From Octopus sinensis (lineage: Eukaryota): DNA of 64,000 nucleotides. Positions within the stretch are counted from its first letter, which is position 1, and each line of letters opens with the position of its first letter. The DNA is taken from NCBI RefSeq assembly GCF_006345805.1, contig NC_043003.1, positions 83,328,001 through 83,392,000 of the forward strand, in the 5' to 3' direction. This document shows, one piece after another, positions 28,410-40,204 of the stretch. The position numbers and the translations under genes were made by a program. Under the pieces are notes generated by a model. That model made no database searches. It worked only from the letters and a program-made list of their open reading frames with translations, and was not told the origin of the DNA.

Positions 28410-28658
28410 CTACCTGCGACGATTTCATCTCAATCGAAGGAGAGGAGCTTTCTCCGTCCGGGTTGCAGATCCGTGGAACAAGCTGCCAGACGAGATGGTG
28501 AAGATGCCGACGACCGCTTTGTTCAAAGCCTCCCTGGACCTCAAGTGGCCTGAACTCTTTACATGAACACCACCCTGTACTTAACTCCATGTCCCCCTAC
28601 ATGGCCTTGCTATTTGCTTTTGAGCCAAATTAACTAACTAACTAACTAACTAACTAAC
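28410..28658 (+). mobile_element. CR1-clade LINE 3' end with (CTAA)n tail
   Basis: Reads LRRFHLNRRRGAFSVRVADPWNKLPDEMVKMPTTALFKASLDLKW (typical CR1 ORF2 C-terminus), then a short UTR and (TAAC)n. Confidence 0.9.
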
Positions 28659-29289
28659 CATTTGTCAACAATCAAGATATATTTTCCGTGACAAAACGCA
28701 ATGAGTAGATTGTTCCCCAGTTCGAACGCGCATCAATCATCCTCAGACTGATAATAACATTGCAACCTGTCAATATACTTTCTGTGGATCTAACTACTAA
28801 CCTTAATTATAGCGTTCTTCCGCCTTCATGATACATCTCCCTTTTCATTTTCTTATTTCCATACTTGTACCTGAAATAATAAGTAATAGAACACCTTATT
28901 TTTATCAAAATAGAGCATAATTAATTTCTTTGGATTCTAGTGTTTAAAGTAGGTTTCTTGTTTATCTCCACTGTTGTAGGGTTCGCAATGACAAAAAAAA
29001 AAGAAGCTCTCAAGTGAAAGTGAAGTCAATAGTACTAAGAGTGATTATAAAAACGCTACGAAGGTTTGATGCCGGAAAAAACAATTCAGCCTTATTGTAA
29101 AAAGATTAAACCTTGTAACGCTTACAGTGAAAGCAGTATCTAACAATAAAGACACAATCAGATCCAGTGCTCCAGCAACGATTTCGTTAACTTCTGGATA
29201 TTGTTGGGGTTTTTTTCATAAATTTGAAATAATGCTTGACATAGAACTGTTCTTGAATGAGTGAGTCATCGATCAGACCTAGCATATTG

Positions 29290-30008
29290 TGCAGCCAAAA
29301 TGAGAATTTTTGAAAAATAATATGAGTGGAAATCGAACCGGTGAGTGTGTTAAATAATAAGGCAAACAGAATAGTCATTCAAGGCAAGTTATATTTGGTT
29401 TCATGATTTGCAATAAAAGGAAGATAGAAATTGTAATGTAAAATATTTTCTGGCTCGTAGATACTGGTTTGAAACATTTAAGGGGCGCCTCATGTTACGC
29501 AGCATCAAAATTACTGGTGATGGTTCAAGTGTTGATTGATATAGATGCTTCTACTACTTTACTTCGAGAGCTGAAGAAAATTATTTATGAAGGAGGTTAC
29601 ACATTAGAACAACTTTACAGCTTTGATAGGAACGAGCTTTTCAGGAAGTGATATCGGAAGGACTTTTAATTCCAGTGGGGAAAAAAAGCAGCACTAAACT
29701 TTAAAACATAGCCGCTACTTATGTATCATTATCAAAATTTAAGGAGTAATGTAACTGTGATTTGGCGCCCAAAGGTTACTCTTACTCTCTTTAACTCTTT
29801 TACTTGTTTCAGTCATCTGACTGCGGCCATGCTGGAGCACCGCCTTTAATCGAGCAACTCAACCCCGGGACTTATTCTTTTGTAAGCCCAGTACTTATTC
29901 TATCGGTCTCTTTTGCCGAATGGCTAAGTAACGGGGACATAAACACACCAGCATCGGTTGTCAAGCAATGCTAGGAGGACAAACACAGACACACAAACAC
30001 ACACACGC

Positions 30009-30039
<31 letters not shown>

Positions 30040-30830
30040 TACGACGGGCTTCTTTCAGTTTCCGTCTACCAAATCCACTCACAAGGCTTTGGTCGGCCGA
30101 AGGCTATAGCAGAAGACACTTGCCCAAGATCCCACGCAGTGGGACTGAACCCGGAGCCATGTGGTTGGTAAGCAAGCTAATTACCACACAGCCACTCCTT
30201 TTTTTTTTTTTTTTTTGCCCGACAGTAGAAAAATACAGTGGCAGGAGCAATATTTTCAATGAAGTATGGCTCGTTTAGACAATGCGCTAAATCATCCAAT
30301 AAATTTGAATGATCTTTTTCTCTGCTCCAGCCTATGAATCAAACTGTGATTGGTTGACTTCAAAGCTTATTTGAGCTTAAACACCTAATAATAGTAATTC
30401 ATGGGAAATATAAGCCGACAATGAAAGACAACTCAAACAATTCTGGATAACATAGTCGAGTCATGGGATGAAGTGAAACTGTCGGCTATGAATGACATTT
30501 GGCAAAACATGTGGCCAGAATATTTCTTGACTTTACAAGATTTTCACCTACAAAATGTCCACTTTCAGTTCAGGAGGATATGTGATTCCGCCATGAAATC
30601 ATATATGATGATGTGGTTCATTACCACAGCCCCATAGAGAAAAGTTGTCTAATGAGGAGTTGATAAAGTTAGAACCAAAGCGAACTGCAGCACAGAAAAG
30701 GATAAGAAGCAGTACACAGTCCTCTTCAGTTAACTATAAAGAATATGGCTAGAGTCGAAATTTACTGAGAAAATTCTGCAAGGCTTTACTTATTAGCAGT
30801 CCTGAGCGTAAAAATAAAAATTACAAGAGG
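29290..30830 (+). mobile_element. Degenerate Tigger/pogo (Tc1/mariner superfamily) transposase relic interrupted by a SINE
   Basis: RYWFETFKGR...IKITGDGSSVD, LKKIIYEGGYTLEQLYSFDRNELF (~29455-29645) and, after the SINE, LDNALNHP..LLQPMNQTVI (~30275-30350). Confidence 0.85.
29778..30198 (-). mobile_element. tRNA-derived CORE-like SINE, family A (near full length)
   Basis: Head AGGAGTGGCTGTGTGGTAA...CCGGGTTCAGTCCCACTGCG, CTTGGGCAAGTGTCTTC, an internal (TA)n/(TG)n run, and a tail AAACAAGTAAAAGAG. Confidence 0.92.
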
Positions 30831-30857
30831 AGTTCATAATGAGCTCAGTTCCTATAC

Positions 30858-31094
30858 TTTCTTATTTCTTTCCTGTCCATAAGGGGCTAAACACAGAGGA
30901 GACAAACAAGGACACACAAACGGATAAAGTCGCTTATATGAACCACAGTGCGTAACTGGTACTTATTTAATCGACCCCGAAAGGATAAAAGGCAAAGTCG
31001 ACCTCGGTGGAATTTGAACTCAGAATGTAGCGGCAGACTAAATAACGCTAGGCATTCCACCTTGCGTGCTAACGTTCCTGCCAGCTCGCCGCCT
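30858..31094 (-). mobile_element. tRNA-derived SINE, family B
   Basis: Co-linear with 37346-37576 from the tail (CATAAGGGGCTAAACACAGAGG) to the head (GCCAGCTCGCCGCCT). Confidence 0.9.
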
Positions 31095-31139
31095 ATCCTG
31101 GACTAAGCAAAGACATTGTGCCCTACAAATGTTAGTTTT

Positions 31140-31515
31140 GGATAACTTCTTCAACGCTTTCTTCCCAACCACATAGTTCCAGGTTAATTTCCACTTCATT
31201 GTACCTTGACAAGTATCCTCTGTTATAGCCCCGGCCGACCAAAGCCTTATAAGTGGATTTGGCAGACGGAAACTAAAAGAATCCCGTCATATGCGTGTGT
31301 CTTTGTGTTTGTGCTTGTCCTCTAAAAATACTTGAAACTCAGCGTTCGTTTGTTTACGTCTTATAGCTTAGCAGTTCAGTATAACGGGATGATTAAATAA
31401 CTACCAAACTTCAAAAAATTAATCACTGGGTTCGATTTAATCAATTTAGCCCTTCAAGGCGTTGCCCAACATGGCCGCAGTCTAATGATTGAAACAAGTA
31501 AACGATAAAAGATAA
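31140..31515 (+). mobile_element. SINE family A (older copy)
   Basis: CCAACCACATAGTTCCAGGTT..ACCTTGACAAGT..GCCGACCAAAGCCTT..GACGGAAACT...CATGGCCGCAGTC..TGAAACAAGTAAA. Confidence 0.85.
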
Positions 31516-34500
31516 CCCTAAAGCAAATGCTGATTACGGTGATTTCTGGGGCATAAGATAATGCCTCTCTACCGCTTAGTAATTGAAACCCCTCCTACAT
31601 TTTTTGGTAATTACTTACCTTCCAACGATTTTCCTCTTCTCTGATGTTCTTAGGCATTTCTCTTCAAATTCTTATATGTATACTTACGCTAGATTGTGTA
31701 TTTAAAAATTATTTTTTCATGCATAAAAGTGAGCGGGTGTAGTGGTATTGATCAAAATTATGTCGGAACGCATCTCAGTTTTATAATATGTACATCAATA
31801 AAGAAATAAGTTTCGCGTAACAGCATGATTTCAAGAACGCGAACCTCCGTAAAGCGGTAGATAACAGTATTATATGATGAATATGTTTAAAGTAAGACCG
31901 CATTGAACAAAGAAATAAAAGAACGTTAAGAAGGGAAATAATGAGCAACAAAAGGAGAACCGTGGTTTTAGATTATGGCAAGTAAAAAGAAAAATCCTGT
32001 TTATCCACCCAATATTCCGGTCAAGAAGTGGACAGAAAGTTTGCTGAATTGCTGTCATGGAATTTTGATGTCTTTAACTCATAAAAGAAAGTTCTGTAAA
32101 AATATTATAAAATGCAATAAATTAGTTGAGTAAACATAAAAATCACCACTTTTACTTTAATGCATGAGTCTGCTAACATACAAGCAATATCTCGTAAATG
32201 CTTTTCATGACAGAATTTCTTCTTAATAGATAACTTTTAGTGGTTCGTGTAGAATAAATTCGAAGTTTTACTTAACTGTTTGAGAAAATTGCATTCAAAT
32301 ATTTCGCATGAGGTTATCTCCCTTAATTTATATCTCACTAAATATCCAACAAATTTCATACGGTTTAAATATATTTCTGATATAGGTACACAGCGTCGAA
32401 TATTAGAGATTAATATAGACAATAATTAAACCGACCCCAGAATTTCAGTGAAATTAAAGTGAACCAATATTTTGTTTCTCATATAAATCTGATTTTGTAA
32501 ATGGGTCAACCTTTCAACGTTTTACAAATTTTTGACTCTACGACTAACGGAAAGTTTATTGATCCAAATAATCGAAAATTTTGTTGAAATGGTAAAACGC
32601 TTTAAAATTCTGAATATTGAACCAAACGTATGGCTACTGAAACAATTATATATATATATATACATCAGTGGCAAAAAATCTATTATAATCTATTGTACGA
32701 AATTACTTAGAATTTGGGAGACATTATTAGAGACTATTTCTTAGCTACGAAACTTTCTACAGGACTTCTTGTAGTTCTGACAATAGTAATGACTATTTTA
32801 TTAACTACAGATACTAAATCAACTGAAGCTGTGAGGTAATATCACTGTAAACCATATTAAAACTAATGGATAACATCACCAATTAGTAAAACCAATTACC
32901 GCGAAACTGAACTCTCGAACTCTAGAGGTCAGGTTCAATAACAACAAGAGCTTATTCAAAGACAGCTGATAAAATTCCAATTCCCATGAATCCTGACGTT
33001 TATTGCAGAGAAATCTGAATGTCTCTTCATAAAATAGACAACCCTACTAAAGCGGTTTCTATGTGGTGATCAACACTGTTATTGGTGAAAGATGGCTGAA
33101 TTATAGATAAAGCCTTCTTGGAAAGAATGATAAAGATAAACGACCAAATGACGGCGGACAAACATGAAGCTAGATCTAATACGAATTCGAAGAATAGAGT
33201 GGATGAAATAAAAGAACATTAATGACTTAATTCATAGAAAGTGAATATTAAACGATGGGGAAAAGAAGAATTGCTAAACTCAGGAAAGAAGAATAGTCTC
33301 AAAGACGAAGAAAGAAAAGAAACGTGACTAAACAAATGAGATTTAGGCTGGCTGTTTGGTTTGTTTTTCATTATTTTTAAATGTCTATCGAAAACAATAA
33401 ACTGAATATTAATTGTTAATTGAATGTGATTTTGATTTTTGTTCCAACAATGCAGCTTTTGTTAAGCGATGCAGAGAAAGGTACGTTTATTTTCAACAAC
33501 CCACAGTAGGTATGTAATGTTGCCAATAGTAGCTTGTCAGAAGAAAAATATTTTTATGACTGTTAGTAAAAGATTCTTTGGTTGTAAGTTCATACAAAAA
33601 TTCAACTTAAGACACTCGATAATATAAAGATTCTTTCTTAAGAATATTTTCACATTTTGCAACTTGCAAAAACAGTGAAAATATTGAATTAGATGTATGC
33701 GTCATTAGAAAGATATTGACATACGTTCATAACGCTTTTAATAATTTTATGTTGTCTGTGATTTTATATCTTAAAGATATCAAAATATCAAGACCTTTTC
33801 TTAATCAATAGACCATTAAATAATATTCAAACAATCTTAAAGGGAATTATTGGTGCGTGTAGCTACATAGGAAAATTTAGCCTTAAATAACAAAAACATA
33901 CATCAGTCTGAAACTTTAGTGTTTAGTAATTACAGTGATATGTCGCTGTTAATATGTTTAATTTTGACTAAACTAAATTGCGATTTTAATCTCCATAAAA
34001 CCAGAAGATCTAAAAGAACTTTGTTAAAAGAAGTAGGAAGGGGACTGTCTTGCCAAACATATTTGCAATGTGACTTTAGCCTATAATCTTTGTAATATTC
34101 TACACATCATCAAACGACACACGCGCCAACTTCTATGACAAGATAAAGAAGATATACTTGCCCAATATATTTCAAACGTACCATAGCTTCAGTGTTAAAT
34201 ATATGATGAAATTATCAACTTTCACCTTCAATCATGCCTTTATATTCCAACAAGAAAAAACACAGATTGTTGTTGCTGCTATTGTTATTGTTGTTCTTAT
34301 TGTTGCTGTTATTGTTTTTGTTGTTGTTGTTGTCATAGTTGTCATCATCGTCATCCTTCTTCTTCTTATTATTATTATTGTCTGGCCCAAGATCAACCCC
34401 AAATGAGTAAGCCTATGACCAAAGACGTTCCAATTGTGACCTTTTCCTATTTTTACCATGCACTTCCTGTTTGTGACTTCAATGTCTAATGTTACGCACT

Positions 34501-34711
34501 CTTTCGAAAGGGTAGAGTGTAATTTGGAATATATTTTACAACTATTTGTAACACACACGTACTCAATGCACTGGTTTTGTTTTTCGATGCCTAAATATAG
34601 AGAAGAAAAAAAACAAATGTTCGGCGCATGAATTAAAACATAAATGCAGACGTGGGCTATAATAAAGTACCAATCAGATGCAGGTATAAAGTACCAATAT
34701 AGGTACAGGCT

Positions 34712-34880
34712 TGGGTGTGTGATAAGAAGTTTGCTTCTCAGCCACATGGTTCCAGGTTCGGTATCACTACGTGTCACCTTAGCTAAGGTTTTCCACTAAT
34801 GCCTCGAGCCGACCACACCAAAACCTTCTGAGTGGATTTGATACATGGAAACTGAAAGAAGCCCGTAATATATATATATA
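34712..34880 (+). mobile_element. SINE family A, 5' half only
   Basis: GTGTGTGATAAGAAGTTTGCTTC..CCACATGGTTCCAGGTTCG...GAAACTGAAAGAAGCCCGT followed by (TA)n. Confidence 0.85.
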
Positions 34881-35416
34881 TACACCATGTTTGCATCATG
34901 TTTCTGAATCTGTAGTAACAACGAAATTCCTTCAAATCACACGATTCTATAAAAGAAATATCATAATGATATAACCCTAGTTACACAAATAGGCGGGATT
35001 ATCAATTTTGGATCGCCTTTCATCATAGGCCTGTTTAGTCACAAATCATTTAAGACTAAATAGAAACAGGAAAAAACCCATCGCTCTTCATATTAATAAT
35101 ATTGAATTTTTACAGTGGCTCATGGTCATACAATTTCGGAGAAGGATATACCAATTGAATCAACGCAGTACTTTACTGCTCCTTTATTTTATTGACCGCT
35201 GTTGGACAAACAACGTTTTATATAAGCATATAAGCCTTCATACAGATATGCATTGGTTTCTATAGCCGTTTTCTTAAGGCTGTAGTTACCTATAATTTCC
35301 TATAGTTTTGATCCTTTCATATAGCAAATTAGTAGTCGTTCTGTTTCTCTTTGGTGGTTAGGTATTTTATGTATGAGTATGGATGTGTATGAAATTATAT
35401 GAGTGTGTCTATATGC

Positions 35417-35480
<64 letters not shown>

Positions 35481-36721
35481 TTATGTCAAGTAACAATTTA
35501 ACTCTAAAATAAAAGTATACGAAAACACACTTATCTGCAGGCTGTACAAGTCTATTTGTTTGTTGGAGTCACTATGCAATGGATGGATGCATTGTTACTC
35601 AACTACGAAAATGAATGCCAAATACAGGTACACTACTTTACTTACAAGTGGCTCTTTGGTTATTAGACAAACAAATCGGCCTGTAGATTTATTGTTCCAG
35701 CCAGCTTTCGCCGGAGCAATAACATTTAGAACGTTCTAACATTTAGAACGTCCATAGCTTCATGACGAAACAGCTGTGCTCAAGCATAAGATTATTCTAG
35801 AAGAGGATTTTTGACAATGAAGCACTAAAGTGAGTAATATTATTAATTATAGAAGATATCCTCCTCATAAAAAAACTTATTTTGGACAAGGTCATATTAA
35901 TGTCATACAAATGACTCCCCAAGTTCATTTCTATAGACCTATCCGGAGAGCCAAGAAAATATGTTTGATCTCGCCTATGCTATAAGGCAAAATTGAGGAG
36001 AAATTTGAAGAAAAAAGAGCGCAAAGCAAGATATAAAATTAATATTGTGTAGATCGATAGCTCATCAAATGGATGGTTGGAGGGTGATGACTAAATAACA
36101 ATGAAAGCACTTATGATAGCTACTGATTGGCTGATCTATGCGTATGCGCGTATGTATGTATGTATGTATGTATGTATGTATGTATGTATTTATATTCATA
36201 AATATATCAATATATATTTGAATATGAAAGCCTGCATACATGTGTGTGTTTGCATTAGTATACATAAATTCGCTAATGTAAATATATGTCGCATAAAGGG
36301 ATATCTAGAGAGCAACCTAAAGAGAGTGTTAAACCGGCATAATGTTGCTGCTGAAGCAAACTCAAATTTCAGTTGAAAGTTAATATAATCAAGATAAATG
36401 CAATTATATGGAGCCAAGTTAATACCGTAAATGGTCCTTGAACTCTGTACCGTTTTAATTAGTTACTGAAGCTTAGACATGGTAAATGTTGCAAATGGCA
36501 ATGAACAGAGTGAGTTCATTAACCCTGAGATGGCAGCTAAGATGATAGAAAGACAAGCTGATCATAAGCTCTATTACTCTATCTTTCTTACCATTATTAT
36601 TCTTGCCTGATGGACAATCAATTTAACCAGATATTTGCATTTAATTTTAATGAATATCAAAACTTAATTTCTATTATTAATTTCAATTACATTATTATTA
36701 TTGTTGTTGCTATTATTATTA

Positions 36722-36777
<56 letters not shown>

Positions 36778-36994
36778 GCTATTATTGCTATTATTAGAAT
36801 CATCATCACAATCATCAACAAGAACAACAAAAACATTATTGTTGTTGACGTGTTCTTGTTACTTTATGGGGGTAGTTACAGGATGATAGGAGATATGCAG
36901 ATTTATATTAATTTCAATAATAGGTCACTTGACAATTGTCCAGCCTGCATGTATATGCAGATAGCAACTTAAACAACGGGAGGTCTTTATTTTA

Positions 36995-37033
36995 ATGGCA
37001 AGCGGCAAATATGCGGACAGCTTAGTCGATAAG
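36995..37033 (+). other. Candidate short first coding exon (MASGKYADSLVDK), unverified
   Basis: ATG followed by 13 open codons ending at AAG|GTAAGC, in unique, relatively CpG-containing sequence. No partner exon found and no protein recognised. Confidence 0.2.
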
Positions 37034-37154
37034 GTAAGCAGACAACCAACCAAAGCGAGAAATTTATCGTTCGATTCCTTTCATCGGCACTTCCGTATAT
37101 TAGTAGTAGTCAAATACAACAACGCCGTCCGAAACCCACATGGTTCATAGTTCA

Positions 37155-37576
37155 TATATATTTCTTTACTACCCACAAGGGGCTAAACACAGAGGGGACA
37201 AACAAGGACAGACAAACGGATTAAGTCGATTATATCGACCCCCAGTGCGTAACTGGTACTTAATTTATCGATTCCGAAAGGATGAAAGGCAAAGTCGACC
37301 TCGGCGGAATTTGAACTCAGAACGTACCGGCAAACGAAATACCTATTTCTTTACTACCCACAAGGGGCTAAACATAGAGGGGACAAACAAGTACAGACAA
37401 ACGGATTAAGTCGATTACATCGACCCCAATGCGTCACTGGTACTTAATTTATCGACCCCGAAAGGATGAAAGGCAAAGTCGACCTCGGCGGAATTTGAAC
37501 TCAGAACGTAGTGGCAGACGAAATACCGCTAAGTATTTCGCCCGGCGTGCTAACGTTTCTGCCAGCTCGCCGCCTT
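37155..37576 (-). mobile_element. Young family B SINE: full copy plus head-to-tail partial copy
   Basis: 37346-37576 is full length. 37155-37345 repeats the element from the internal GTATTTCG to the tail. The junction is CGAAATACC|TATTTCTTTACTACCC. Confidence 0.93.
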
Positions 37577-38916
37577 CATGGTTCATAGTTCGTATAGTTA
37601 GCTCCACATTTATTCAGGTAAATATAGCAGTGTTAGTGCCATGAAAGAGATCATTCAGCATTCACTGCCATTGGCAGGATAACTGCTCAACACCGTGGAA
37701 TAGGAAAGAGATAATTTAGCAGCCAGTACCGAGTTCAATTTCGCGCGCCATAAAAGCTACAGACAATAGGCTACTCTCTTTTCCGTGGGGATTTTTCATT
37801 CATCTTCTTAACGTGTCTTCAGAAAAGAAGAAAAGTTATTGGTAAAACTCAACCTATAAATTGCTAATAAATTATATGTTTTTTTTTATTACATTCTGCA
37901 TTTACTATTATATTTGTGATGCCACCATTTTTCAATAGTGCAATTATACCCACCACAAAAAGCTCATTCATGTAAAGCTATCTTGGTTGATAGTATCAAG
38001 GTGTTTTAGTAAGTTGTATAAATTTCAAGACCATTTTATTGTTTGGTTGAAGAACATCAGAATAAATGCATTATCTTACAAGTTTTGTTATCTTGCAACT
38101 TTCTATACGAATAAACTACATTAAGTAGTCGATTTTCTGTTACGGAAATAAGAGTTTAATTGCTTTATCTTTGATAGATGGGATTTGCGATTGTTAATAG
38201 ACATTGGAGCTGATAGCGAACTAAACTATCTTTCAAATGCCACCTTTTACATTTATATCAGAGACTAGGTAAATTATTTTATAACTGCTATTTCAAATCT
38301 ACACTAGGAATGCAAATGTCCTACAAGATTCAATTCTGTTTACCTCTTCATTAGAAATACGAATAACTTCAATCCCCAATACATTTCACTAAACGTTCTA
38401 GACAATGAATATCGCTACTCACTTCTCAGATCTATGATAAATATGTATTTTTTTTTTGTTTTACCGAACTACCCACCCAAAAGCTAGAAACTTTTAAATC
38501 ACAACGTCGAAATACTCACATTTGCAACTGAGCTGTTCTGTAATTATCGTAGGATATGAGTGCTTTTTATTTTCACTGTTCCAGACTATATTTTAGCATT
38601 CACTGATGATATATACTATTAAAAGCATTTTTAGATTTCCTAAATACTATGTTATCTTATACTTCATTATCAAAGTGTAGTTTTATGTATCAACTTTTAG
38701 GCATACGATTTAAAGAAACGATTATTTTATTATTTATTCTTAATACATCCAGGCAGGTTCGAACGCAAAATATGCTGGTCGCTGTAGCTTTTTTCTTGTT
38801 TCGTTTTTTGATTATTGTTGGCAATTTTGTGTTGTGTGAGGGAAAATTGTATCTTCAAAATTAACGTATTACATTACATCTAACAATAATTGATTTCAAA
38901 AATGATGAGATCGTCT

Positions 38917-39122
38917 GAAGGCGGTAAGCTGACAAAAACTTTAGCTCCTCGGGCAAAATTCTTAGCGGTATTTCGTCCGTCTTTACATTCTGAGTTCAAA
39001 TTCCGCCGACGCCGAATTTGCCTTTCATCCTTTCAGGGTCGATAACATAAGTACCAGTTGAATGCAGGGGTTCGATGTAATTGACTTGCCCACTTACGAA
39101 CCTGCTGACCTTCTGCCAAACT
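38917..39122 (+). mobile_element. SINE family B (moderately diverged)
   Basis: GAAGGCGGTAAGCTGAC...TTCTGAGTTCAAATTCCGCCG..GCCTTTCATCCTTTCAGGGTCGATAAC.TAAGTACCAG. Confidence 0.88.
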
Positions 39123-39720
39123 TTCGATGTCCGTCGACATCCAATTGTTCAAACAACTGAAGGTTCATGGCACTGACATTATATTACAAGATAGAACACT
39201 TGAACTACAGTTACAGTATAATCGACGCGTTTCCACGTTTTCTGTCTACCTAATATCACTCTCAAAGATTGGGTCAACTATGCAATAGGATCAATCCCTA
39301 GACCACATGGTGGTTAAACATATCTATTCACAACTACGGTTTTGCGTGTATCTGAATATGCAGCATTTGTCAATGATCCAAGCAGCGTGTATATGTACGC
39401 GCCAAATTTGGCAATGACAATTGTGTAACATAACATTAAAACACTAAATATTCCAACCTGTTTTTGTCTATGTTGCAAAGTTTGATTATCGGATCGTAAT
39501 GGAGTTAATTCCTTTGTTTGTTAGTTTTAGATTTAAAACTTCTAATAACTACTTGCCCTTTTTTTAGTTGATCGAAATTTTTACATATCTGAAACCCACT
39601 CCTATTTATATCTCGTATGCAGAACGAACACTTATCTGAAGTATTTTCTTTCAAAGTTAATACCGACATTCATAATTAGTCTCACTACACACCCTATACG
39701 CACACACATACATACATACA

Positions 39721-39756
<36 letters not shown>

Positions 39757-39761
39757 TATAT

Positions 39762-39792
<31 letters not shown>

Positions 39793-40204
39793 TGGATGGA
39801 GGGATGGATGGATGGATGGATGGGTGGATGGATGGATGGATGGATATACTCATAAGCGTCCCAACGGGGAGGAATATACTTCCCTGAGGAGGTCTAATAA
39901 GACAGAAACATGTTTGTTGCCTCCACCATTGATTTTCATTATCAGACTCGATCCAATCCGTATTGTTTATATTGTTCTAAAATTTCTTATCTCCTCTTGT
40001 TATTGCGTTTTAGATACTAATTGCTTGGATAAAATCAATTGATCAAAGTGTTTTAACTCACTATATTATATTTCTGACACACTGGAAGATGGGTGACATA
40101 GCAGTGAACTTCTTTTCAATATCAACGATTGAAGCAATGTAAACGTTGTCGTTATTGTTGTTGAGGTTATCGTTGTCTGCTTCCAGGTCAACTCTGATGA
40201 ATCA

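Noticed and set aside
35701-35830. Splice-bounded exon (CCAG ... AA|GTGAGT)
   Set aside because: Stops in all three frames; it cannot be supported as coding without transcript data.
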